Of a stretch of 64,000 nucleotides of DNA, positions 11,184 to 24,191 are shown piece after piece. The DNA is from Puccinia triticina (taxonomy: Eukaryota): the NCBI GenBank assembly GCA_026914245.1, contig CP110440.1, positions 186,001 through 250,000 on the forward strand. The letters run 5' to 3'. Position numbers and translations under genes: made by a program. Within the stretch, counting starts at the first letter, position 1. Each line of letters starts with the position of its first letter. The notes under the pieces were generated by a model, which worked only from the letters and a program-made list of their open reading frames with translations, made no database searches and was not told the DNA's origin.

Positions 11184-14100
11184 TCAGTGGTCAAAGAGTT
11201 TCGCTGGAGGTTTGGACAGCTTGGATTTTGACTTGGAAGACTTCAAAGCTTTGTTATAAAATATTTTCTTCAATCTGTTGATTTCGAAATTGATGATTTG
11301 ATTATCGTCTTCCTCCTGAATCTTATAAACCATCAAGGACTCCTTCTTTTCCCTCTCGGCTTCTTCGTCTTCCTCCGGGATCCCGGCAGCTTTCTTCTTC
11401 TGCGTTTCTTCGGTCACTGTCCTGTCTCTTCTCCTCGCCGTTGATTCGTCGTGGATTTTGAATGCACTCAAACGATCACCATTCTTAGACGTCGGAGGTT
11501 GATATTGCGATTTCATCGATTGGAAGTTCAAGTTGTTTGTTTTCCAGTTTCCAGTCTCAAGGATACCTTGTTGTTTACCATAGAGTCTGATCGGACTGAG
11601 AATCTGTTGAGGATCTTTGGAATCATCCTCGGTAGATTCGGAACTGGCTTCCACCAGGATTTCATGTTCTTGTTCAAACGCTTTCCGGGATTGAGATACT
11701 GGCATGTGGGTTATCGCTGTTTCTTTCCCGCTTCGAATCAGAGCGCCTTCGTCGTAGGTTGACGGGCCCGTAGTTGTTGAATGAGGATGTTCATTTTTGA
11801 ATCGCCGGAGGGAATAATTGTAAGTCATTGAAGCGGTATTGCTACTTCTTATCGCCCGATGATTATCCATGATGCTGGCATCTTGCACATCGAATCTAGG
11901 GTCTAACTCTTGAAACAGAACTCGGCCTGATATCAATTTGCCACCTGAAGCTTTCTGGCGACTGGAATTGAGAGCATTCAACGAGGAGTTCGCCCTTGAC
12001 TGATCAAACTCGTGCTCAATGATGCTTGACCAGTTGGACCTGTGCGGGGAAGATTCGAAACCCTCATCAGTAGGTGAGTTGGCCTGGTGACCTTTTCTGA
12101 GGTTTCCAATTGAATCGCTGGAAGGAAAGGAGCCTCGGGGATATTTTTGATTCGTAAACCTTGATAGAAGCCCGTTTGACATGAATTTTGCAATCGATCT
12201 CCGTGTCTTCAGCTGTGGCCCATGAGACGGGTCCGCTGTACAGGTTGAGTTTCCATTCTGTTTCGTGGAGTTGACAACCTTTGAGAAAACATGAAATGAC
12301 CCGGGTTCCTCCAGTTCTTCCAAGCTGCGAGGCTGAGAATCCAACGAATTGTATACGTCCGGCTTAAAGCCAAGCTTTTGAGTAAGGCTTTTCGCGGATA
12401 AAGATGACTCGAAAGGAACATATGGTTCAAACCGATTGGACGGATTGAAAATGTTCCCAAATGGAGTTTTGGGTGATTGGCTAGGTTCATCGTCCGAGTC
12501 CGAGGCGGGACTTGGGTGTTCAACACGACGAGAAAGAAACTTATTTTTCCCGTCGACTGAAAGTGAAGGGCAGCATTCTTGAAGAGAAAGTGAAGACCGA
12601 ACATTCGGCAAACGTTTACGAAGAGGTGTCGAATTTGTTACAGCCAATGACGCGCTAGGATCCGCATTCGGATTTTGAGAGGATTCAAAGGCAAGACTAG
12701 AGGGACGCTGGCTAGCAGGCAGATTGAAAGGTACACCATGCGAGTGGAGGCCGAAGGAGTCGCCGACAAAGCTTCGCTTAGGTTGCAAGATTAGCTCGGG
12801 AGTCTCCGCGAAGTGAATGCTACTTAGTTTTTTCAACGGACTCTCATCGAGCTTAAGTTTTCTATTGGACTTTTTCGAAAGCGAAGACCTCGCCAGTACG
12901 TTTGAACCACTGTTCTTTGGGCTACATTCAAGGAAAGTGTCAAACATGTTCTGAAGTTACATGAAGAAACAGTGTCAGTCAAGTGCAGTGATAACCTGAG
13001 TGATAATGAATTTTCCAGGAAAAGTCAACAAACCATCAACCGGGTCGAACATTCCAAATTATCTGGACCATCATGAATACGACTCTTGTTTTCCACGTGA
13101 CGGTAGGGACTAGGTGGAAGCTGGAAAGGTTTTTTCCCTTGATCATTGGGGCTTGAGGGTTGAGAATCCAACCCCGGCGTGTTGTTCTTAATACTTGGCT
13201 TAACATTTAAAGGTTTCCCCAATACCAAGGGGGATGTGATTCGGGTTTTCCTAAGTTCTGAGTCATTTACATCCATCACAATCTTAGGGATTACATTGTC
13301 TGGCGTTGTGATTCTCGGTTCATGACCCGCTACATATACGTGTTTCGGAGACGGAGTTCGTTGGACGTTACTTGGATGGCACTGGACAGCAGAAATTAAA
13401 ATTAAAAAATAACAAAAATCAGCTTGGCCTGCTTTGAAGATAAAACAAAGGGCTACGAGACTTACGCTACCACTACGTGTAACAGGAGGCAAAGGAAAAA
13501 CGTCTGTGACCTGGGAATTGGGTTTATAGGCGAGTTGCGTTTTGATTGAAAACAGGGAACCGAAAATCTGGTCATCACCAAAACTTTCGAAAGATTCGTC
13601 CGCCGAGTCTTCGAGGGAGGTGTCACAGAGAGACGCGTCGAGTGAAACTGAAGTGCTTGGGGCCGCCCCATCACTGCACATGGTGCTAATCTTAGAAAAA
13701 GCGTAAGTGGTCTTCGAGCCGCTTGGAATTGTTGTGCCGGCGCTACCGTTAGCTCCAGTCTGAAAGTATGGGTGTTCATGGCTAGAGGAAGGTGAAAGGT
13801 GAGAATCTCTCGATTTAATGATCACGTCTTCTTCATTAAACTTTCTTTGATAGTCTTCGTATATCATTCTGGGAGTAATTCGTATTCCCTGGTGGAGCTT
13901 TTTGAAGTTCGGTGTGCTGAAGGTTTGACAGGGGGTAATTGAGTTATCATCTTCAAACCTCTCACAGCTTTTCAATGTGGGGGTCGTTAAGTCCTCAATA
14001 TCGAAGGATTCTTCGTGGTTATGGTCCAAGTTGCTGATTGGGTTCGGGGCTGATGGGTGATTCCAATCTGTAGCGTTGTGATCTCGGAGTTGAAGAGATT

Positions 14101-14785
14101 GAGTAGAAATAGACTCGCAGTCCCTGTGTTGCTCTCGGAAGCAATTCACACTACTTTTTTTTAGTGAAGAAGATTGAGCCTGGACCGTCAAATCCTGCGA
14201 AACTACGTTCAACCTTGTTAGTCTAGCAGGTACACATAGATTAGTCAAGGATGTTGGAGGAGCTGTTGCTGATACGCCACCAACAGAATAATCAGATGGA
14301 TAATATCAGAAATACGCGAAACGGTAGACTTTAGAAGGAGTATACCACATACGTTTGGTATGTACAGAATGAAGCCTATCAGGAAGCTCGGTTTCGCGAT
14401 GTGTGATTTCAAGGGGGCGAGTTGGCTCAGGCTCAAGCAGTCGGGAGAAATAACCAACCGAAATCTCGGGGTTGGACAGAGGCGAAAAGAGGGTTGATTT
14501 GAATCTTAGCGTGTCTGAAGGCTTATGGGTATTATCGAGATTGAGCAGATCCAAGGACGGAAGAATAATGGATGGCTGGTGCGTGGTTGTAAAATACTGC
14601 TGAGCTAGATCTACGTTGCTAACCTGGTACTGAAGTGTTTTCTTCGCTGTCGGGAAGACAGCTTTGGTTGGATGCGAAGAAGAACGAGCCCGATTCGCAC
14701 GAGAGGCACTTGCGTTTGACTCTGAAGCAAGCGCTTGTTGAGAGTAAGATGGAGACATGCTAATGTTGTCCATTTGGTGTTCCAT
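11184..14785 (-). CDS. Large Ser/Pro-rich, probably disordered hypothetical protein (about 4 exons)
   Basis: Consecutive long minus-strand ORFs (159, 407, 587 aa) linked by plausible introns (GTATGT at 14352 to CAG near 14269; GTAAGT at 13465). No recognisable domain. Confidence 0.65.
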
Positions 14786-16186
14786 TGTCTTGAGTAAAAT
14801 GAGAAAGAAAAACGACGTAAGGTCGAAAGAATGTGATAGAGTGTTGGGGGGAGAGGGGCAGAGTGTAATTCAAGAAGAATAAGGGATGCTCCAAAAACAA
14901 AGGAGCGCTACGTCAGATCTGAAGCACGTTTGATAGATAAACCCCGGAAAGGATTAACAAAAGATGTGATTGTGAAATCGGATTTAGGGGATGAGTAAAT
15001 CTGATGTTGGCCAGGCTGATCTTTTCACTCGATGATGATGTTGATAGGAGACTCGACTTGTGCGAAACTGAATGCCTGAACTGCTTTGAGAGTAGAAAGA
15101 ATACCAAGAAACGCGTACTTCCAGGACAGTTGACGAGCTGGTCTGATTATATTTATTAGGGTATGATAGCTAGTTGAAGGATTTTCGTGAGTCTCAAGAA
15201 GGTGTACTGGGGAAAACAAGAAAGCTCTGTGAGGAGCTGGGGAACCTGGCGAGTTAGATTTGAAGGGCGGCCGGGGTATAGAAGAGGTGATTTCTTGCGG
15301 CGCTTGGATGTAGAACGTCCGGAATAGCGAAGAAAGGAAAAGATAGAGGGGATACGATGAGGGACGAAATGCTTTGGCATAAAGCCATCGTTATAACTCA
15401 TCTTTATTATGCTGACCTGTTATGCTGGGTGCATGATGGCAGGTCCCCCAGTCCAGTTGTTCGACGGTGTGCATTGACTGGTGCACCATCCATCGTGCCT
15501 ACCCGGGCCGGCGCACTCGGCGACTAACAGGCACGAGTTGCGCAAGTGATCCTCCGAGGCCGTAGCCGGCCATGATCGTCCAGGCACTCGCTGCACAATG
15601 TCAATAGTGCGTCAAGATGCCATCGCCACAGCCCGCCAATGGACATACTCGGGTGGTTTTAATTTGTGGCGGCTTGCAGGGTGGATGATAAGATTGGGTG
15701 CACTATGGAAGGGTTTTTTCTCTTGCCAGGCTAGCCGGGGGTTCAAAAGTGTAGCAAAACGAAATGTCGGGTGGTGGCAAAAAGCCTCAAGATGGCAAGG
15801 GTAGACTTTAAGCTCGAGCGTAAGACGTGTGTTCTGTTTGTTTCTTGGCTCATAGAGGTACAAGAGAAGCGTAACCGCCGTTCCAAGAGCTTTTAGATGG
15901 TCAGTTAACAGGATGAATAATTTATTTGTTTATCTCGCGTTTGAAAAACAAGATGGTAGTTATCATCTTGTCTGGCATTAAGAAATTCCAAAATTCTACC
16001 TCCAAGGAATAAGTACAACAGCTTGCTAGTAAGTGAAAGATTAGGGTTCACCATGTCGATTCCGGAAGGTTCGGCATTCGATTAGAGGAGGAAACGTCGA
16101 AAGATAGACGGAAGGGGAAAATGTTTCTGTTTACAATTATTCAATAACTTCCACTTTGTCTATGGTCACTTGAGATGTTCCAAATT

Positions 16187-19100
16187 TCATTCAGCTGCTT
16201 TGGTCTGATAAACTTCAACACCTGTTGCCACAGTGGCCGAGGCTTCCGTCTTCCATCCGAGCTTACGTTCCATGGCCTCGTCCTGATCAAATCAGCAAGG
16301 CAGGAAGACAGGACATGTGAGCAAATTCACCAAAGCAACAAATTTGGCTACATGATTGATACATACACTTCTGTCCAGCAGGGCGTCAAGTTGATCGTCA
16401 CCCAAGATTTGATCGCCTTGCTCACAAAGTGTGATTCTTTCGCCATCGGTCTTCAATAAAGCTTCAGCCAACTCCTTCATTGACTTCTGCTTTTTGCGAT
16501 TACTCTGTTTCCCCAACAGGATATTTTGGATATCGTCGTCCGAATTAGCATCTTCGTCCTCAGCCTTCTGGGTCAGATCAAAACCGTTGCCTATCACCAA
16601 CGTCTCGAGCTTCCGCTTCTGGCTGGCTTTCTCTAACATCTTCGATTCAATGGTGTTCCCGCTGACTAATCTAAAGACCAGCACCGGCTTCGTTTGACCA
16701 ATACGATGGACCCGGTCTTGTGCTTGGAGATCTTGTTGCGGGTTCCAGTCTGAATCAAACAGGATGACCGTGTCTGCGGCTACCAAGTTGATGCCGACCC
16801 CACCAGCACGAGTGGAAAGTAAAAACAAATGACACGCTAGGATATGATGTTGTATGAACGGGTTTGGTGTTTGGTCAATGATTCGTCTTGATGTCAAGAA
16901 GAAATGAAATCACGATGACTCACCATCAGGGCCCTGTGCTTCGTTGAACTCTTTCATCTGCTCTCGACGCGAGTCTTGGCGAGTGACTCCATCGATACGG
17001 CACACCTTCCAACCTTTCAATTCAGTGGCCCAATCCTGGATTATATCCAGCATGCTCGTGACTAATAAAACGTGAGGAATAGCTCAGTCAGATGTCTAAA
17101 TAATGATGAATTTCAACAAACATGCTATCCCTACATTGAGAAAATACAAGTACTTTGTGGCCACGCTCGAACAAGCCTTTTAGGAGCCTGTCTAGTAGAA
17201 GCATCTTCCCTGAGGAAGAGATTAGTCCATCCCCGACGAGTTGTTCACCCGTCTGGGGATCGAGTGGCCAATCAAACAGCCAGGGATGATTACAGACTTT
17301 CCGTAATTGCATCACCATGTTGAGGAGCTTCATTTGATTGACGCTTTTTTGGGCCACCTTGCCGATGTGCTCTTCACTGTTTCCGGCCTCGTCCGCTTTT
17401 GTCTTCGGCTGTCGAGTCTCATCCCACGTGTAGTCAATCTCATCGCACTCCCCAGCCTCGACTTCCTGGAAGAACTGGCTGTCAGACTTCTCCGCGTATC
17501 CAACTGACTTGCGGGTAGCCGCTGCCCGGCGAGCAACATTCCGAACTTTCCTGCCTTTGGGCAATGTGGAAATGGGGATATCCTCCTCTGACGGACAATC
17601 ACCAGTGTGCGACTCGACTGTCCTGCTTTTTTTGACGTTTTGACCAGGGGCGTCATTTTCTAGCGGGGGTGAAGGCGTCCGAGATCTCTTCTTGCGACTT
17701 TCCGGGGCTGAGGGGATCTCTGCATTTTTCACCAGTCCAGCCTGAGTCTTTTGCTTGACGAGGTAAGTCCTAAGGTCCCGACTGATAACCGCGTCATAGA
17801 GTTCCTTTTGTTGAGCCGTGAGAGGTGCGGTTAACAAATATCTATAGAAAGGACGTCAGGTATTTTGATCAACTTCCCTATCACGATCTCAGTGAGCAAG
17901 AATAGTTTACTCTTTCTTCTTAGGTAGGTTTGTTTCCACTTCGCTCTTCACCCTCCGAAGTAAGAATGGCTTCAGAATGTCATGTAGGCTGGTCACGATG
18001 TGTTGCGCCTGGGCTGTCGACAACGCTGCAGCAGAATCCGAAGCGGCAGTGACTGAAGACAAATCAAACCACTGCTCAAATGATGAATAATCATCGAAAA
18101 CTTCGGGCAAGATGCTGGTGGATGAGGAAGTTCATCGATCAGACAATGGCTGGGTGGTACAACTTGCAATCAAAGAAAAAGCAGATAGCCTTACAAATTG
18201 AGCAAAGACCACAGTTCTTTGAGATTGTTGTGTAGGGGAGTTCCCTGTAGATGAATTAACGACAGCAATCATTAGGACGTGTTATATGGTCAGCGGATCA
18301 AAAATAATGAAAAACATAATGAAAAATTACCGTCAGGAGCAATCGGTTGGCACTTTGATACGACTTCAGCTCTTGGACCAGCTTGCATTCGAGGTTTTTG
18401 AGTCGATGTGATTCATCAACGACAATGTATGACCAGGCATACTGTCGCAGAAATTGACAGTCGTTCATCACGATTTCATAGGAAGTAACAACGACAGGAA
18501 ACGTATCTTTGGTATTCTGTTTAGTCCAGGTGGTCGCGGCCGCACGCCCACCACGCTTGGCCTTCGAGCTTGGGTGCTTTCCTAGCCAGGCCTTGGGGTC
18601 ATCGCGTGGCGGAGCCATGCGAGTGGAGCGTAATTCTTCCCGCTCGACTTTGGTACCATGATATAGGACGACAGGAACGGTAGGACAGAAGCGCTCGAAC
18701 TCATTCACCCAATTCGCTACGGTACTAAGCGGACAGACGATTAGAAAAGGGCCCCAAACACCACGTTCGCGCAGGTAGCATAAGAAGGCAATTGTCTGCA
18801 ATGTTTTTCCGAGGCCCATCTCGTCAGCAAGAATACCATTTAGACCATTTTCGTAGAGCGTCGCCAGCCAATGCATCCCAGCGAGCTGATATGATCGCAG
18901 CGTGGCTCCAGTTATCAGCGCAGGCTGGCCAGATTGAGGGTCATGTTTTTCGTCGGTAGGGATGGTGGTCGACTCTTGATCTTCCGGTCCAACGTTTTCC
19001 AGGAGCTTTTCGATTTCTGCTTCAGTATCGGCCTGATTTTCATCGACAGCCGCGTTCCTTTGTCGACGCGTTTGTGCTCCGGAAGACTTAGTTCTCGAAG

Positions 19101-19695
19101 GGGGGTTTGGTTTGGGTGGTGGACAGTCAGCTTTTGTTCTGCGGGAGGAGCGGCGCTCGGCAGTCTTTGGATCGGGCGAAGCGCCTTGCTTGGGTTGTGT
19201 AGGATCTGATTGTGATTCTTGCTGTTTCGATTCCGACTCTTTCTTTTTGAGTTGATCAGCTTGCTTCTTCAATGCTGCAGCACGGGAGGCGCGTTCGCGT
19301 TCAATCTGAAAGTAGCCAAAGATGATAGTTGTGTGAGTGCCACGGCCGCGGTGCGTTAGAACGGAATGGGAAAATTCACAACCCGATCCAACTTACATTG
19401 TCAGCAATGATCTTACTGTAGACGCCACTAGCCTTCAGAAGATAATTGAGTCGAGCTAACTTATCGCGGGACTCAGGTTTTTCGTTTCCTTCCAAGACAA
19501 TTTCTTGAAACGGCACGGCGGTGGGGCCTTCTGTGTGAGTAACTGAGTAAAAGTCATCGGTCTGCTTGTGAGAAGCTAGTGGCCAAGAATCAAGTAAAGC
19601 TTACCCGGCTGGGTTGTCCCGGTTTCCTCGATTGGCGTGGTTTGGGTGGGCAGTCCTGAATCAAGCGAAGACGGTTCTGTGGGTGGAGAGGCCAT
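16187..19695 (-). CDS. IRC5: SNF2-family chromatin remodeler, Lsh/HELLS/DDM1/Irc5 subfamily
   Basis: [128 protein letters not shown]. The N-terminal [16 protein letters not shown] is typical of the Lsh subfamily. Confidence 0.88.
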
Positions 19696-20473
19696 GGTGG
19701 ATGGAAGATATTTAGTCAGAGATCGCCAGTGATATGGGCGCAGCTGGGCTGGTGAAGTTGTCTTGGGGTGGTGGGGCCGTCGAAGTGCTGAGGTCAGGAT
19801 GAGTTATGTAGTCGGCTTTTATGTCAGTACACATCCGGAACAAGCAGAACTCTCCCAACTCAGACGCGCACCGCGACTGGCCGGAGAGTACGATGGAGTC
19901 GCGCCCCAATTAAGGTTCGCTGCTCAAGGGGACTGCATAAATCCAACTGCCCAATTGAGTGCGGTAGTCCTCAAACACATTGACATCACCCTTGTTGGCT
20001 GACAATCTCACAGAGCTCTTGCGCTGGTTTCAGTGAGCCCGCTGTGTGTGATTAGCCTCCTCATTGTTGTTTGGTTCTCAGAATCTGATACACACTCAAA
20101 ATTTAACAGACTTGCTCATGCACTTTGAGAGCATTGCAATTGGACCAGAAGGCCAACCTTCTTTCGAATAGTCATCATGAAAGATGGACGTATTTATGTA
20201 TTTAGCCGTTTCTTGCTCTTTCCACCTCATCTCTCGACAGCGCTTGACTATGCAAAAGAGGTTTTCACTAATCGGGGATTCATACGTTACATGGCTAAAA
20301 ACACACAGGAAATCTTAAAAGCTGGACATAGTGATTAAAATTAAATTCATATGTCGATTACTGTAACTATATATGTTTGTTTCTGAGTCTGTGCCCACAT
20401 GGCACGAATACACAAACAAAAATGACTTATATATATTAGGTTGATGTATCTGTACACTTGATTTTTTATTTGT

Positions 20474-23400
20474 TTACTTCGCAAAGTGCTGGAAATATTT
20501 AACAACCCCAAACGGAAGTTGAGTGGATGTGCGTGCAGAGAGGGGCGGGCGGGGGAATTAGTTTGATGAAATAGAGGTTCAGAATGAACTCAGCACGTTT
20601 GCTGCTTTTTTTTAGAAAACAACAACGGAAAAGATGACAGAGGCAAAAAACTAACCAAAGTCCAACTGGACAAAAGACGCCTACGGTTGACTTGATCAGG
20701 CTGCAAGCCAGGGGTACCATACGTCAAAGGGGCAATGAAGCTAAAGCTGATATACAAAAGCGTGATCGAGATGCCGACCAGGAGGATGGTTTCCTTGGGT
20801 GATTCGGTGACAACCATCTTTGGCCTTCGTCGGGTTGTTGGGCCAAGGACTGAGACGGGGTGGTTGATCGCCTGTGAGAAGATTAGTTTTTTTGTTGATA
20901 AACATTATTGTCAATATACTCCGCTGCTGTAGAAGATTCTCTGAAGAGAAAAAAAGGGAAAAAAGCGATCAAGGATATAAAGCTGACCTCTGTCACCACA
21001 AAGTTAGTAACCACACCAGCCACCAACGCTGAGAATAGATGGGCCGGTAAGTAATGATGCAAAAAGGTCTGTCGATTCATTAAGAAGAATGGAAAGTAAT
21101 GATTGGCCCAAGCTATAATAAAAAATCCGCCCGATCGATATAGACGGTTCCTGACAGCTGAATTAGTGGCATGTCAGCGTGTCAGGACCTTGGCTCAAGC
21201 AGTAAAGGAAGAACGACAAATCGTTCAGAGAAGAGTAAAACATTACCCACGAGTTTCAATAGGTGAATAACCTCTGCGTCTTGCAAACTGATCAGCCCCG
21301 AAGACCCCAGCGACGATTGAGAGAGCCATGACACAAAACCACCACCCAGCTGGATTACCAATCATGTAGACTTGACGTCTTAGATCAGGAGTGCTAGTCC
21401 AAAAGCTGACACCATTCAACAAGAAGGGCCAGTTGATGGGAGGTGAAGCATATGGATGTGATTCGGTTAGGTCCGAATTGTGTTGTAACATAGCCACCTG
21501 AAGTTCGAAGTATTTTTTGAAAAACGATCGGCGGCTGATTGATTTGGCTCTCGGAGGTGGAGGTCTCGAGGCATGGTTTGTAGTATCTGCTTGGAATCCA
21601 CAACGGCTTTTGATTACCAAACGAGTCCAACAAGAATCAAGCAATGATCCGGCGTGTAGAAAGATTGACCAGTGACCACGCCAACGGTGTGAAAAACTTA
21701 CTGTCTCGAACGATATCAGAAGCAACCCAGAAAAGAGTCTTATCATGGTACATCTTATGTCCATTCACTTCTTGCTGACCGAATCCCCAACCTGGCAAAG
21801 CGGGAAAGTTTCGAGTCCACATCGCGGCTCTAGTGAGATGATGGACGAGTTGAAAGTGGCTAGCTTTAGTCTTCCACTGCTGTCCTTCATGAGCGTCGTC
21901 GATCACCACCTCCCACAACGTCCCATTATAAGCCTCGTCTGTTTGATCGACATCTGGCCAGGTTGTAAACTCTTGGTGGGTTGGCATTGAGGGAGAGGCC
22001 ACGTCATGTGTGTATAGGTAACTGTCGGTAGATCTGTGTTTGAGTCTGATCACATCCTTGTGCCTCACGATTTGGCCTCGGCCGGAGCTGGGGACCGGCT
22101 TTGTAGGTTCGACGAGCCAGTGGTTGTTGGTGTCATTATGAGGGTAACAGGTTACTTGTTGACCTTGTGAGCTAACTCGGCCATCTTCGTATTTAATTGG
22201 ATATCGATGTAGGTGAGAATGCAAGAAGCACTTGGTCGCCCGATGTTGTAGAAGCAATGTGTCATTGTACCGAATTTCTGTGTCGAGTCAGGACAAGTAA
22301 GGTGGTACGCCCACATAGAGTTAGTAGAAACCCAATTAACTTAGGGAATCTCTAATCATTGCTTACCTTCTGCAGATAAGGTCAAAGGACTATCAATCAG
22401 GGTTTGCTGGAAAGCTGCACTCATGAAGTCGTCTCCAGTCCCGGAACGGGTCAAAACTGAAAAGTGGACCGCGAACCAAAATAGATAAACGCAGAACGGA
22501 ATAATGATCAAGCATATGATTCGTGCCACCACATGATTCCCAATGTGATCCTAAAAAGAAACGGCAGTGATATTCAGAGTGAATTAGCACAGTGCACTTG
22601 AGGGCAATTGACTTCTTTGTCTGAACGCGGTAAAATAATGAATCGGTATAAATAGATGCTTGTACCAATGAATGTCCCTTCCGAATATCCAACATATCCC
22701 ACAGGTCTAGAGCTACTGCGGAACCAATCGTAAAGAATGTAAACAATCCAACAAATTTGCAACTTATGGTCAAGCTCAGAGCCAATCCAGTCAAAGTGAG
22801 CCAGGTCCACCAAGGTCTGGTAAATTCGTTGTAGCGTAATTTGTAGAATTTGATGTACGCAAATATAGAACACGTGGCGAAGAGGATCAACGGGGCGTCC
22901 AACAAAATTAATCGAGTGTGTAAAATATGACCGTTGTCTAGAGAAGAACAGGCGTATCAATTGGTTACATTAGTTGAGGGATTTTGCTCTCAAGTTTTCG
23001 AATGGGTGACACGTGTGTATGTATAAAACTCACCAAAGACAACCAAACAAGCCGAAATCGTGCTAGCGAAGGCTGGATATCCACTTTCTTTCATGATGGC
23101 ATAAACTAGCATAGGTGTTAGTGAACCGAGAATAGCCGAAAATGATCTTAGTCCAACGTAGGGCACATTGCTGTCAATGTAGTTATCACCAATATTTTCG
23201 AAGGCGAACTCTCCCTTGTAGCCAATTAACCAAGCGTGTGCTGCCAACATAAGTTTGGCCAGAGGTGGATGGACATCAAAGAAAAATTCCCGCTTGAGAT
23301 AATAAGAGAGAAATTTGCCGAAATGAACTTCATCAAACCTGGTTAAAAAGATATACACAAAGAAAAGGTCAATGCAAAAGTCAAATCAGCAAAGTATGTT

Positions 23401-23993
23401 GCTAGAAATTATTTCTGGTTTATTTTTTGCGCAAGATCTTCCTCGTCCTCTAGCATGTGCAATTGGTTTTAGAAATCCAAATTCATGAGCTTACGCGATT
23501 CCAGGGGGGTCGGCAATGTTTTTAAACCGTAGCAAGGCAGCCAATAAGCCGATGATGAGCATCATAAGGAAATCCTTTCTCCGATATGAGCAGAGATCGC
23601 TAGACGTATTGAGATCATGTGTCGAGTCATCCGTCCGAGACTGTAAGAAATAGACGTTCAGTTTATCAAATTAATTGTTCAAAACAAAAAAAGCCCTGCT
23701 ACTGAGGAAGCAAAGACTGGAATGGATGGACTTGCTTTTTTATCAGCGTGATCATAATCTGACATTCTCTTGTTGTGAAATTCATCATCGTCCTGGTAGG
23801 CGCGATCATCATAATTCTCAGTTAAAGCCGACCGAGAATACGTGTTCGGTGTGCCCGAGTGATGTCGTAGCCCAATACTGAGACCCACTTTGACGTCGTC
23901 ATGATCTTTCTTTTTTGATAGCCTAGTATTGCTGCTGTCTCGGGTCTGATAGGGTGTTCTTCGAGTGGGTAGCTGGTCATGAGACGACCTCAT
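20474..23993 (-). CDS. PMT4: Dolichyl-phosphate-mannose:protein O-mannosyltransferase, PMT4 subfamily
   Basis: FDEVHFGKF, FFDVHPPLAKL, MIR domains with HLHRYPIKYEDGRVSSQGQQVTCY (PMT4-type), SHPYASPPINWPF, RQTFLHHYLPA, C-terminus WTL|HFAK*. Multi-exon. Confidence 0.9.
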
Positions 23994-24191
23994 CCTTGGC
24001 GTTTTGCGAGTGTTCGAGCCTTCGACCTCGTTTATATTATTGGTTCGGTGTAGGTATGTAGGTTTTGTTCTTGCTTGGAGTCAGTTTTTACATGCAAAGC
24101 ATCGTCATCGATGTGGAAATATTCTTGAGTTTGTACATGTTAAGTCGTTGTCGACGATGAAAGAGTGACGCCAGGAGGAAATAGGTCGAGC

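Noticed and set aside
16187..19695. HELLS/DDM1 near hypermutated TEs as a genome-defence cluster
   Set aside because: The neighbours are unrelated housekeeping genes; co-location in a eukaryotic window is not evidence of a functional system.
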